Shown one piece after another: positions 49,608 through 58,838 of a stretch of DNA of 64,000 nucleotides. The stretch spans positions 754 through 64,753 of the forward strand of contig CAZJZD010000012.1 of NCBI GenBank assembly GCA_964550405.1, read 5' to 3'. Positions within the stretch are counted from its first letter, which is position 1. The number at the start of each line of letters is the position of its first letter. Below the pieces are notes generated by a model. That model saw only the letters and a list, made by a program, of their open reading frames with translations. It ran no database searches and was not told the DNA's origin. Source of the stretch: an uncultured Hydrogenophaga sp. (GTDB lineage: Bacteria > Pseudomonadota > Gammaproteobacteria > Burkholderiales > Burkholderiaceae_C). The translations under genes and the position numbers were made by a program.

Positions 49608-50818
49608 ACCAGACCTTTGCCGTGCGCTACCTGCGCCTGGGTGACGACCGGGTCAGCGAAGAACGCCTGCAGGCCGAAACCGAAGCGGGACTGCGCCAGC
49701 AACTGGCGGCTCAAGGTTTTACTGTGCTCTCGGTTCGTGGTGCGTCCCCACCCACCTTCTCACGATCCAGAAAACCCCAACGCGGCCGCTTCGCTCTGTT
49801 CTGCCGGGAGGTCAGCACGCTGATCCAGGCGGGTATGACGGTGGTGGAGGCGGTGGACACGCTCAGCGCCCGTGAGCGGCTGGCCGGGCAGGCGGACAGC
49901 CTGGCGGCGCAGCTGCTGGGTGAACTGGAGCAGGGAATGTCTTTGTCGCAGGCGCTGCAGCGGCTGCCCGATGCGCCAGCGGTGCTGGTGGCGGCGGTGC
50001 GCGCGGGCGAACGCACCAGCGACCTGGCTCAGGCGTTGACGGATTACCTGCAGTTCGACACCCTGGTCGAGCAACTGCGTCGCAAGGTTGTGAGTGCGGC
50101 GATCTACCCGGCACTGGTCACCGCGCTGGGCGTTGGTATCTCGCTGTTCTTGTTGCTGGTGGTCATGCCCAACTTTGCGCGCATGTACACCAATCTGCGT
50201 GGTGGTGGCATGGGCGGCGGCGGTGGTCCCACCAGCTGGATGATCGCTCTGGCGCAATGGGTGAGCGCGCATCAGGTCGCCACGCTGACGGGTGTCGCGC
50301 TGGCTTTGTTGGCGCTGGGGTTGTGGATATGGAGCGGCGCCGCACGGCGGCAAGTGCTGGCCCTGGCGCTGCAAGTGCCGTGGGTGCGCATGAGGGTGGA
50401 GGATTTCCAGCTGGCCATGCTCTACCAGGCGCTCGCGCTGATGCTCAAGGGCGGCTACCCCATGACCGAAGCGCTGCAGGTGGCCAGCCGTTCGGCGCTG
50501 GACGCCCGCCTGACGGTGGCCCTGCAACAGGCTTTGCAGCGCATCGAACAGGGGGGTGCGGTGGCCCAGGCACTGGCAGACGCGCGGCTGTGCGATGAGG
50601 TGGGACGGCGCTTGATGGCGGCGGCCGAGCGCAACGGGGACTTTCACCTGGCGGCCGACGTGGTCTCGCGCCTGCACCGCGAGCGCTTTGAGCTCTTTGT
50701 GGAGCGCCTGACCCGCATCGTCGAACCGGTGCTGCTGATGGCCGTGGCCCTGATGGTGGGCGGCATCGTCGTCATGATGTACCTGCCGGTGTTCGACATG
50801 GCCACCCGGCTGCGCTGA
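49604..50818 (+). CDS. gspF: T2SS inner-membrane platform protein
   Basis: VSTLIQAG, AGERTSDL, VVSAAIYP, IVEPVLL, MYLPVF. Confidence 0.9.
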   Translation: MNQTFAVRYLRLGDDRVSEERLQAETEAGLRQQLAAQGFTVLSVRGASPPTFSRSRKPQRGRFALFCREVSTLIQAGMTVVEAVDTLSARERLAGQADSLAAQLLGELEQGMSLSQALQRLPDAPAVLVAAVRAGERTSDLAQALTDYLQFDTLVEQLRRKVVSAAIYPALVTALGVGISLFLLLVVMPNFARMYTNLRGGGMGGGGGPTSWMIALAQWVSAHQVATLTGVALALLALGLWIWSGAARRQVLALALQVPWVRMRVEDFQLAMLYQALALMLKGGYPMTEALQVASRSALDARLTVALQQALQRIEQGGAVAQALADARLCDEVGRRLMAAAERNGDFHLAADVVSRLHRERFELFVERLTRIVEPVLLMAVALMVGGIVVMMYLPVFDMATRLR

Positions 50819-50851
50819 GCGACGCGGCACCAACTTCTGTTTTTCCTCGAC

Positions 50852-52495
50852 ATGTCACAGGCCAACCCCACACATCGCCCCCCCACCGCCGAACAGCTGA
50901 TGCAGGCGATTGAGCGTGCGCGCGCAGGTGGGGCGGCAGATGATGGCGCTCTTTGGCAACGGCTGCAGACCGAGTTCGAGAACAGCACCTGGGCACCCGT
51001 GCTGCTCGCTCACCACGGCGTGACCGGGGTACCCGATTCGGCGCTGGAGCGGGCGCAGATTGCACGGGTTCCGGGGGCCGATGAAGGACTTCGGGTTGCT
51101 TTGCCAGATGGGGTGTTCCTGCTGTTCGACGACCCCTGGTCGGGCTCCGCCACCCGAAGCCTGCAGCGCATGGCTGCTGCAGGTGCGCGACTGGCCTTGG
51201 CACAGCCGGGACAGTTGCAGCGTTTGCGAAGACTTTTGCCCCAAGGCGCAGACCGCTCCGCTCAAGCGCCACCGGCCAAAACCCCAGGAACGGTGAACTC
51301 ACCCACGGCGATGAGCCCGGTGGTGGCTTTCGTGAGCCAGGCGATCGAACGCGCCTATTCCGACGGCGCCAGCGACATCCACTTCGAGACCGACCGGCAG
51401 GGCGTGGGCGTGAAGTACCGGCTCGACGGCGTCATGGCGCCCGGGCCTCGGCTGAACGATGCGCAGCGCGCCGAGGAGGTGATTTCGCGCATCAAGGTGC
51501 TGGCGCAACTGGACATCACCGAACGCCGGCGCCCGCAAGACGGGCGCATCCACTGGCAGCCTGAAGGATCGTCTGAAGCGGTGGATCTGCGCGTTTCCAT
51601 CATGCCCAGCATCTTCGGTGAGGATGCGGTGCTGCGGTTGCTGGACAAGGCTCAGCTGCGCCATAGCCAGAGCAGTGTCTCGCTGGATCTGTTGGGCTTT
51701 GGCGGCGAAGTAGCCGAGCGCATCCGCGACCTGGCTGCCCGCCCCCACGGCATGCTGCTGATCACCGGGCCTACCGGCAGCGGCAAGACTACCACCGTCT
51801 ATGCAGCGCTCACCGAAGTCAACGACGGGTTGGAGAAGATCATCACCATTGAAGACCCGGTGGAGTACGAGCTGCCCGGGGTGCTACAGATTCCGGTCAA
51901 CGAACAGAAGGGGTTGACCTTTGCCACCGGACTGCGCTCCATCCTGCGCCACGACCCGGACAAGATCCTCGTCGGCGAAATCCGTGACGCAGAAACCGCG
52001 CAGATTGCGGTGCAGTCCTCGCTGACCGGGCACCTGGTCTTCACCACCGTGCACGCCAACAGCCTGTTCGACGTGCTGGGGCGCTTCCAGCACTTCGGGA
52101 TTGAAGCCTTTGCGCTGGCTTCGGCGCTGAACGGTGTGGTGGTGCAGCGCTTGCTGCGTCAGGTTTGCCCGCAATGCACACAGTGGCGCGATCCTGCGCC
52201 GGACGAACAGACCAAGCTGAGCGCGTTGAGCCTGTCCGTGCCCACTCGAATCCCGGTGCCACAGGGCTGCCCACATTGCAGGCACACCGGCTACAAGGGA
52301 CGCTTTGTGGTGGCCGAGGTGCATGTGCTCAGTGACCAGGTTCGTGACCTGATGGTGGCCAAGGCGAGCATGAGCGAGTTCAAGCAGGTGGTCTATCAGG
52401 ATCCGTCGCAACGCCTGATCGCGCAAGCCATTGAAATGGTGCGGCAGGGCCGAACCACACTGGAGGAGGTGACCCGTGTGGTCGGTCTGGTCTGA
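50852..52495 (+). CDS. gspE: T2SS assembly ATPase
   Basis: GASDIHFE, LDITERRRPQDG, GPTGSGKTTT, IEDPVE, LRHDPD, CPQC and CPHC. Confidence 0.93.
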   Translation: MSQANPTHRPPTAEQLMQAIERARAGGAADDGALWQRLQTEFENSTWAPVLLAHHGVTGVPDSALERAQIARVPGADEGLRVALPDGVFLLFDDPWSGSATRSLQRMAAAGARLALAQPGQLQRLRRLLPQGADRSAQAPPAKTPGTVNSPTAMSPVVAFVSQAIERAYSDGASDIHFETDRQGVGVKYRLDGVMAPGPRLNDAQRAEEVISRIKVLAQLDITERRRPQDGRIHWQPEGSSEAVDLRVSIMPSIFGEDAVLRLLDKAQLRHSQSSVSLDLLGFGGEVAERIRDLAARPHGMLLITGPTGSGKTTTVYAALTEVNDGLEKIITIEDPVEYELPGVLQIPVNEQKGLTFATGLRSILRHDPDKILVGEIRDAETAQIAVQSSLTGHLVFTTVHANSLFDVLGRFQHFGIEAFALASALNGVVVQRLLRQVCPQCTQWRDPAPDEQTKLSALSLSVPTRIPVPQGCPHCRHTGYKGRFVVAEVHVLSDQVRDLMVAKASMSEFKQVVYQDPSQRLIAQAIEMVRQGRTTLEEVTRVVGLV

Positions 52496-53216
52496 ACGGG
52501 TGGATGTTTACTTGGGCACCGGCCTGGTGCTGGTTCAGCGTCCGGGCATGCCCTTGTGGACCTTTGCGCCACCGGCGACATGGCCACTGGCCGATGTGCT
52601 GCGGCAGGTGGACCAAGCGCTGGACCGGGGCAAAGCCAAGCCCTGGCGGTTGCACGTGTGCCTCTGCGCCGCGCTGTGTCCGCCGGTGGCGTTTATGGCG
52701 CCCGCTGGTGTCAGGCAGCATGCGGAGTTGCTGGCCATCGCCCGGGCCAGTGCTGCGCGGGCGTGGGATATGCCAGCTGAGCAAGCTGACCAGATTGTAT
52801 GCAGCCTGGATGCCCGTCACCATGGCCTGGCGGCGGCCATGCTGGAGGGCACCCACCGGGTGATTGCCCAGTGGGCCACAGAGCAGAAGGGCCGACTCGC
52901 CAGTCTTCGGCCCATTTGGGCTGCTGCCACGGCTGCGAAGGCATGCGCAGGACCGCAAGTAGCAGGTGTGGCGGTGCTGGAGCCAGATGCGCTGACGGTC
53001 TTGCGTCTGCAACCGACGGTTGCCGTGCGTGCCAGAAGCTATGCAGGGCGATACGAAGCTGCAGATGCGGCGTCTCGGCTGGCCAAGATGTGCGATCAGG
53101 AAGCTGAATCCGAGCGAAGAACGGGTGTGGCGATGAGGTTCACCCGAGAGCCTGCACCGACTTTGTGGACGAAGGGGCCAACTGCCTGGGCGAAGCACTG
53201 GAGCGTGCTGCCATGA
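52476..53216 (+). CDS. Hypothetical protein, positional GspL-cytoplasmic/PilM-like component
   Basis: Overlap-coupled between gspE and PilN-like gene; no clear motif. Confidence 0.45.
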   Translation: MWSVWSERVDVYLGTGLVLVQRPGMPLWTFAPPATWPLADVLRQVDQALDRGKAKPWRLHVCLCAALCPPVAFMAPAGVRQHAELLAIARASAARAWDMPAEQADQIVCSLDARHHGLAAAMLEGTHRVIAQWATEQKGRLASLRPIWAAATAAKACAGPQVAGVAVLEPDALTVLRLQPTVAVRARSYAGRYEAADAASRLAKMCDQEAESERRTGVAMRFTREPAPTLWTKGPTAWAKHWSVLP

Positions 53217-53743
53217 GACCCGTGCAGATTGATTTTGTCGCGCCGAGGGCCTGGAAGTTCATCTGGGCGGCTGGGGCCGTTGTGGTGCTGGCGGTCCTGG
53301 CAACGAGCGGTGCCAAGCTCTGGCAGCTGAGGCAACAGCGGGTGGCGCTGGAGCAGCAGTTGACTGCCTTGCAAGCACAACAGCTGCAGCGGCTTGCACA
53401 AACAAAAACGGTAGAGCCATCACAAGGCAACCCGCGAGCCGCCAGTGAAGCGATGGCCCGTCGCCTGCTGCAACGCGACTGGAACCGTTTGTACGACGCC
53501 ATCGAAACCCCGGCGCTTGCCAAGGTGCGGCTGGTTCAACTGAACATGGATGCGGTGACCGGGCAGGCGATGCTGGAGTACGAGCTGGAGTCCATGGCAC
53601 AGGCGGGGGCTGTGACGCAGGCGCTCAACGACGCATCCGGTCCATCAGGCGTCTGGCAACTGGAGCGACTGGAGAGCTCCGGACAAGGTGACCCGGCTGG
53701 AGTCGCCAAGATCAAAGGGGTGTGGCGGGCCGAGCTTCAATGA
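53213..53743 (+). CDS. PilN/GspL-periplasmic-like protein
   Basis: MRPVQIDF, single TM, coiled coil, WNRLYDAIE..VRLVQL. Confidence 0.55.
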   Translation: MRPVQIDFVAPRAWKFIWAAGAVVVLAVLATSGAKLWQLRQQRVALEQQLTALQAQQLQRLAQTKTVEPSQGNPRAASEAMARRLLQRDWNRLYDAIETPALAKVRLVQLNMDAVTGQAMLEYELESMAQAGAVTQALNDASGPSGVWQLERLESSGQGDPAGVAKIKGVWRAELQ

Positions 53744-53836
53744 GCGTGTCGGTGTCTTGATGCTGAAGGCTACGCGTCCACATCCTCAGTTCATGGCGCA
53801 TCAACCCGGCCCGACACCGCAACCGAACCGCGCGAC

Positions 53837-55093
53837 TCAGGTCTTCAAAAACAAATCCCGATCCGGTGCGAAGCTCGCGTGTAGCGGCAGCAGCGCGCCG
53901 CCGAGGGCGCGCGCGTCTGACCCGATGCTGCCCGCGCGCAGCGGCGGCGGGGTCTGCAGGCCTTCCCAGTTGTAGGCGGCCAGCGCCTGCTGGGTGCGGT
54001 CGATCAGTTCGGCCAACAGGGCCGGGGCGACCACGCCGTCGATGACGACCGCTTCCAGATCCAGGAAGGCGGTGCCCGAGACGATGCAGTGCGCCAGCGC
54101 GAGGGCGGCACGGTCGATCCACTCGCGGGTGTGGGGCAGCCACGGTGCCTGCAACGCGCGGGCGTCGTAGGCGGCCATGGGATCCAGGCCGTGTTCGCGC
54201 AGGCGCTGTTCCAGGTCCCAGAGCGAGGCCTGGCTGATGAGCTGCGGCGGCACTTCCTTGAGGTCGGCAGAGGCGACGCCCAGCGGCAGCGAGGCCACCG
54301 CGCCGGCGTTGCCGTGTTCGCCGCGGTGCAGGTGCGAATGCAGCACCAGGCCGCCGCCGACGAAGGTGTCGAGGAACAGGTACAGGAAGCTGTGGATCTC
54401 GCGGCCCTTGCCCTGCAGCAGCTCGGCCACGCAGGCGGCCGCCGTGTCCTTGGCAAAGCTGACCGGCAGGTGGGTCATGCGCTGCACCTCGGCCGCCAGA
54501 TCGAGGTGGTTCCAGGCGTCGGACTGGGCTTCGGTCAGGCCCAGCATGCGGTGCCAGCCGCCCAGCTGGAAGGGCGCGGCTACGCCGACGCCGACCACAC
54601 GCGGCGCCAGCGGCCCCAGGCGCGCCAGCAGTTCGTTCAGGTTGCGCTGGATCAGCGGCAGCAGGGTGGCGGCGTCGGGGAAGTGGTAGGTCACGCTGAT
54701 GCGTTCGCGCACCGCGCCGGTGAAGTCGACCAGCAGCCAATCGGCGCTGCGGCGCGCGATCTTGATGCCGATGGCGAAGGCCCCGTCCGGATTGAGGCCG
54801 ATGGGCACCGAGGGCTGGCCCACCTTGCCGCGCACCGGCTCGCCTTTGGTGAGCAGCTGGTCTTCGTCGAGCCGTGCGGTGATCAGGCCGATGGTCTGCG
54901 CGGTCAGGCCGGTGAGGCGCGCGAGGTCGGCCTTGGCCAGTGCCCCGTGGGCGCGCAGGGCCTGCAGCACCACGCGTTCGTTGAACTGTCGCACGCCCTC
55001 CTGGTTGGAACCGCGCTGGCGCAGGGGTTGCGCTTCGGCGGTTCGGATCGGGAGGTCGGTGGCGGCGTCGTTCACGGTGACAGAGTGTGACAC
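53837..55093 (-). CDS. ROK-family transcriptional regulator (FrcR-like)
   Basis: RGSNQEGVRQFNERVVL HTH, GKVGQPS, DTFVGGGLVL..GNAG. Confidence 0.88.
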   Translation of the reverse strand: MSHSVTVNDAATDLPIRTAEAQPLRQRGSNQEGVRQFNERVVLQALRAHGALAKADLARLTGLTAQTIGLITARLDEDQLLTKGEPVRGKVGQPSVPIGLNPDGAFAIGIKIARRSADWLLVDFTGAVRERISVTYHFPDAATLLPLIQRNLNELLARLGPLAPRVVGVGVAAPFQLGGWHRMLGLTEAQSDAWNHLDLAAEVQRMTHLPVSFAKDTAAACVAELLQGKGREIHSFLYLFLDTFVGGGLVLHSHLHRGEHGNAGAVASLPLGVASADLKEVPPQLISQASLWDLEQRLREHGLDPMAAYDARALQAPWLPHTREWIDRAALALAHCIVSGTAFLDLEAVVIDGVVAPALLAELIDRTQQALAAYNWEGLQTPPPLRAGSIGSDARALGGALLPLHASFAPDRDLFLKT

Positions 55094-55106
55094 GCCAAGC
55101 AGTCCT

Positions 55107-55559
55107 TCACGGGCGCAAGGCCTGACCCAGCACGCCCTTGCGCAGCAGGAAGTTGCCCCAGGGCTCCAGCTCGCCGGTGACGACGATGGCGTACGACTTC
55201 TTCACGCGTTCGTAGAACTCGTAGCGTTCCACCGCCTCCACCCGCTCGGGTGGGAGCCCGGCGGAGGCCAGCAGGGCCACGGCCTCCCGTTGCAGGGCAG
55301 ACCGGTAGCCTTCCGGGGAGTCGCTCACATGCATGTACGCCACCGGATGGGTCACATCCTCGGCCAGGGGAAATACGCTCACGACCGCCTCCATTGTCCG
55401 AAGCATGCCCACACCGGGCAGCCGCAGCACCGGCTTGCCCACCCCCAGGCTCATGGCCGTGAAGTTGGCGTCGGCCAAGACCACCGCGTCGTCATGCCCC
55501 ATCTCGGCCAGCAGCTTGAGCAGCTCCGGGCTGAGCAGGGGATCAATACCCTTAAGCAT
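55107..55559 (-). CDS. RbsD/FucU-family sugar mutarotase
   Basis: MLKGIDPLLSPELL..MGHDD..LADANF, ERYEFY. Confidence 0.88.
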   Translation of the reverse strand: MLKGIDPLLSPELLKLLAEMGHDDAVVLADANFTAMSLGVGKPVLRLPGVGMLRTMEAVVSVFPLAEDVTHPVAYMHVSDSPEGYRSALQREAVALLASAGLPPERVEAVERYEFYERVKKSYAIVVTGELEPWGNFLLRKGVLGQALRP

Positions 55560-55591
55560 TTGAAGCCACTCCCGAGGGTTGGGTGTCCCGT

Positions 55592-55674
55592 CCAGCGATC
55601 ACCGCGGAACCGGCTTCGCCGGGCCGCTGGTGATGCCCCCTTGAGGGGGTGACGACGAAGTCGGCGCGGGGGTG
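55592..55674 (+). repeat. REP/MITE-like element, copy 2
   Basis: CCGCGGAACCGGCTTCGCCGGGCCGCTGG..CCCCCTTGAGGGGG..CGGCGCGGGGG. Confidence 0.75.
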
Positions 55675-55682
55675 TTCCATGG

Positions 55683-56480
55683 TCATGCCAGGCACTCGGC
55701 CGGCAACTGATCGACGGTCATCGCACCGGTCATCACCGCCACCGTGTCGCTCATGCTGATCTTCTTCGGGTTCACCACCGCGGCGCGCTTGCCCAGGCGG
55801 GCGATGTGGATGCGGTCGGCGATCTCGAACACGTGCGGCATGTTGTGGCTGATCAGGATGACGGGCAGGCCCTTGTCGCGCACGCGGCGGATCAGCTCCA
55901 GCACCATGTTGCCTTCCTTCACGCCCAGGGCGGCGGTCGGCTCGTCCATGATGACCACGTGCTGCGCGAAGGCCGCGGCGCGGGCGACGGCCACGCACTG
56001 GCGCTGGCCGCCCGAGAGCGTTTCCACCGCCTGCGTCATGGAGCGGATGCCGACCTTGAGGTCGTTCATGCGCGCGATGCTCTCTTCCAGCATCTTCTTC
56101 TTGTCGATCATCTGCAGCACGCTGCCCAGCACGCCGGGGCGGCGGATCTCGCGGCCGAGGAACAGGTTCTCGGCGATGGTCATGGCCGGGGCCACGGCGA
56201 GGTCCTGGTAGACGGTCTCGATGCCGGCGCGGCGCGCGTCGATCGGGCTCTTGAAATGGATCTTTTTTCCGTCCAGGAAGATCTCGCCTTCGTCGGGGAT
56301 GGTGGCGCCGGAGAGCGCCTTGATCAGGCTGGACTTGCCGGCGCCGTTGTCACCGATCACGGCCAGGATTTCACCGGCGCGCAGTTCGAAGTCGGCACCG
56401 TCCAGGGCGGTGACCTGGCCGTAGCGCTTGACCAGGCCCTTGGCCTGCATCACGAGGGGGGCGTTTTTGTCGATGGTCAT
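55683..56480 (-). CDS. frcA: Fructose/mannose ABC transporter ATPase
   Basis: GDNGAGKS, VYQDLA, LSGGQRQ, MDEPTAALG, ISHN. Confidence 0.8.
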   Translation of the reverse strand: MTIDKNAPLVMQAKGLVKRYGQVTALDGADFELRAGEILAVIGDNGAGKSSLIKALSGATIPDEGEIFLDGKKIHFKSPIDARRAGIETVYQDLAVAPAMTIAENLFLGREIRRPGVLGSVLQMIDKKKMLEESIARMNDLKVGIRSMTQAVETLSGGQRQCVAVARAAAFAQHVVIMDEPTAALGVKEGNMVLELIRRVRDKGLPVILISHNMPHVFEIADRIHIARLGKRAAVVNPKKISMSDTVAVMTGAMTVDQLPAECLA

Positions 56481-56481
56481 T

Positions 56482-57441
56482 TCAACGCACTCCTTTGCGG
56501 GACATCTGGTCGGTGAGGACCGCAAGAATCACGAGGATGCCGGTCACCAGGATCTGATACACGGAAGACACACCCATCAGCGTCAGGCCGTTGCGGAACA
56601 CGCCCACGATGAGCGCACCCACCAGGGTGCCGAGGATGATGCCGCGGCCACCGAACAGGCTGGTGCCGCCCAGCACCACGGCGGTGATGGCGTCCAGGTT
56701 CTCGGTCTGCCCGGCGTTCGGGTCACCGGCGCCAATGCGCGCCACGGACAGCAGCGACGCGATGCCGTAGAACACGCCGGCCAGCACATACACACCCAGC
56801 AGCACCTTGTCGGTGGAGATGCCGGTCAGGCGGGTGGCCTCGGGGTTGTTGCCCACGGCGTAGATGTGGCGGCCCGGCGCGGTCTCGCGCAGGAACAGCC
56901 AGGTGATCAGGTACAGCACCAGCATCAGCACCACGCCGTAGAGGATGTTGGTCTGGCCGATGCGGAAGCTGTTGCCCAGCCAGGTCAGACCGTCGGACAC
57001 CTCGGTGATGGTCTGTGAACCCGAGTACAGCTGGGTGATGGCGAACGCGATGTTCAGCATGCCCAGGGTGACGATGAAGGGCGGCAGCTTGGCCTTGGTG
57101 ACCAGCAGGCCGTTGACCAGGCCGAACAACGTGGTCACGCCGATGCCCAGCAGGATGGCCACGGGGGCCGACAGGCCGAGGTCCGCGCCCATCTTGGTCA
57201 TGACGATGGAGCCCAGCGCCATGATCATCCCGCAGGACAGGTCGATGCCCGCGGTCAGGATGATCAGCGTCTGGCCGATGGCGATGGTGCCCACCACCAT
57301 CACCTGCTGCAGGATCAGCGAGAAGTTCTGCAGCGTGAGGAAACGGTCGCTCTGCGTGGCGAAAAACAGGCAGGCGCACAGCAGGGCAATGAAAGGCCCG
57401 AGCGTGCCCATGGGCGGAAGTTTGGCTTTGATGGCATTCAT
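56482..57441 (-). CDS. frcC: Fructose/mannose ABC transporter permease
   Basis: ILTAGIDLS, GRHIYAVGNN, AVVLGGTSLFGGRG. Confidence 0.8.
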   Translation of the reverse strand: MNAIKAKLPPMGTLGPFIALLCACLFFATQSDRFLTLQNFSLILQQVMVVGTIAIGQTLIILTAGIDLSCGMIMALGSIVMTKMGADLGLSAPVAILLGIGVTTLFGLVNGLLVTKAKLPPFIVTLGMLNIAFAITQLYSGSQTITEVSDGLTWLGNSFRIGQTNILYGVVLMLVLYLITWLFLRETAPGRHIYAVGNNPEATRLTGISTDKVLLGVYVLAGVFYGIASLLSVARIGAGDPNAGQTENLDAITAVVLGGTSLFGGRGIILGTLVGALIVGVFRNGLTLMGVSSVYQILVTGILVILAVLTDQMSRKGVR

Positions 57442-57590
57442 GGCGGTGGCCCGTCCAATCAGAGATGAAAAGGTTGCAGCGCTGGCGAAGAGTCAACCCG
57501 CTGCAAGCGGCGGCCCGTCTGACGCAGGCCTTCAGAAAAAATGAGGAACGAAGAGGCGCCCAGCGCAGCGAGGCGCCCTCCCCGTCCAGG

Positions 57591-57695
57591 GGCAGTGAGG
57601 GTCCGGCTCCGCCGGCCCCAGCTGCCGTCCCCCCTCCAAGCGCCGAAGGCGCACCAGAGAGGGGGGAAGCCGCGACAGCGGCGCAGGGGGGAGTT
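57591..57695 (+). repeat. REP/MITE-like element, copy 3 with internal hairpin insert
   Basis: CCGGCTCCGCCGGCC..CCCCCCTC[insert]GAGGGGGGAAGCCGCGACAGCGGCGCAGGGGGG. Confidence 0.7.
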
Positions 57696-58692
57696 ACTTA
57701 TTACCCCAGCACAGGTCCATGCCGGTCTTGACGTCCTTGCTGTCCACGCCCTTGACAGGCTTGGCGGCGATCAGGGTCACGCCGGTGTCCACATAGCCGC
57801 TGACCTTCTTGCCGGTCTTGGCGTATTCCACGCCGGCGGCCACGCCCATGGCGGCCATGCGCAGCGGGTACTGCTGGCTGGTGGCGGTGATCACGCCAGC
57901 GCCCACGTCCTTGACGCCGGCGCAGCCGCCATCGACGGAGACGATGACCACGTCCTTTTCCTTGCCGGCGGCCTTCAGCGCCTTGTAGGCACCGGCGGCG
58001 GCGGGTTCGTTGATCGTGTACACCAAGTTGATGTCGGGGTTCTTCTGCAGGCAGTTTTCCATGCCGGTCTGGCCCTTGGCCGCGTCACCGAAACTGTCGG
58101 CCATGCAGACCACGCCCGCGGCCTTGCCGCCCAGCTCGTTGCTCTTGGCATCCGGTGCGGTCAGACCGAAGCCCTTGAGGAAGCCGTTGTGGCGCTGAGC
58201 ACCCACCGGGTGGCCCGGGAACAGGTCCAGCGTGGCGATGACGGGCTTCTTGCCGCCCATGGCGACCTTGGCGTACTGGCCGATCAGCACGCCGGCCTTG
58301 TAGTTGTCGGTGGCGAACAGGGCGTCCACGGCAGAGGCCGGGTCGGTCGGGCTGTCCAGGGCGATGACCATCACACCTTGTTGCTGGGCCTTCTTGATGG
58401 CCGGGATGATGGCCTTGGCGTCGCTGGGGGTGATCAGGATGGTCTTGGCACCGGCGGCGATCATGTTCTCCATGGCGGTCACCTGGCCGGCGTTGTCGCC
58501 GTCGGTCTTGCCGGCGGCGGCGATCAGCTTGGCGCCCAGCTTCTTGGCTTCGGCGTCAGCGCCTTCCTTCATCTTCACGAAGAAGGGGTTCGATTCGGTC
58601 TTGGTGATCAGGCCGATGACCGGCTGCGACTGGGCGAAAGCGGAACCGGCGGCCAGGGCCAGGGCGGACAACACGAAAACAGCTTTTTGCAT
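57694..58692 (-). CDS. frcB: Fructose/mannose ABC periplasmic binding protein
   Basis: Signal peptide; GLITKTESNPFFVKMK, GKTDGDN, FATDN, SQQYP. Confidence 0.82.
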   Translation of the reverse strand: MQKAVFVLSALALAAGSAFAQSQPVIGLITKTESNPFFVKMKEGADAEAKKLGAKLIAAAGKTDGDNAGQVTAMENMIAAGAKTILITPSDAKAIIPAIKKAQQQGVMVIALDSPTDPASAVDALFATDNYKAGVLIGQYAKVAMGGKKPVIATLDLFPGHPVGAQRHNGFLKGFGLTAPDAKSNELGGKAAGVVCMADSFGDAAKGQTGMENCLQKNPDINLVYTINEPAAAGAYKALKAAGKEKDVVIVSVDGGCAGVKDVGAGVITATSQQYPLRMAAMGVAAGVEYAKTGKKVSGYVDTGVTLIAAKPVKGVDSKDVKTGMDLCWGNK

Positions 58693-58815
58693 GAGAGTCT
58701 CCTCGGAGAGGGTGGATGGAATCAGACGTTGTAGAACCGGGTTTTCTCTGCCGCCGGGGGTTCGGGTTTCCACGAGTCCGGCGTCAAAGTGGCTGAACTA
58801 TAGTTCTTGCACGTT

Positions 58816-58838
58816 AAATAAATCAACTGGATTTAGTT
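58816..58838. promoter_or_regulatory. Candidate ROK/FrcR operator
   Basis: AAATAAATC-AACTG-GATTTAGTT inverted repeat between divergent frcB and kinase. Confidence 0.55.

Noticed and set aside
44908-53743. Cluster as a type IV pilus or Tad locus
   Set aside because: No PilT or major pilin and no Flp/Tad genes; GspE/GspF/GspG-type signatures fit T2SS better
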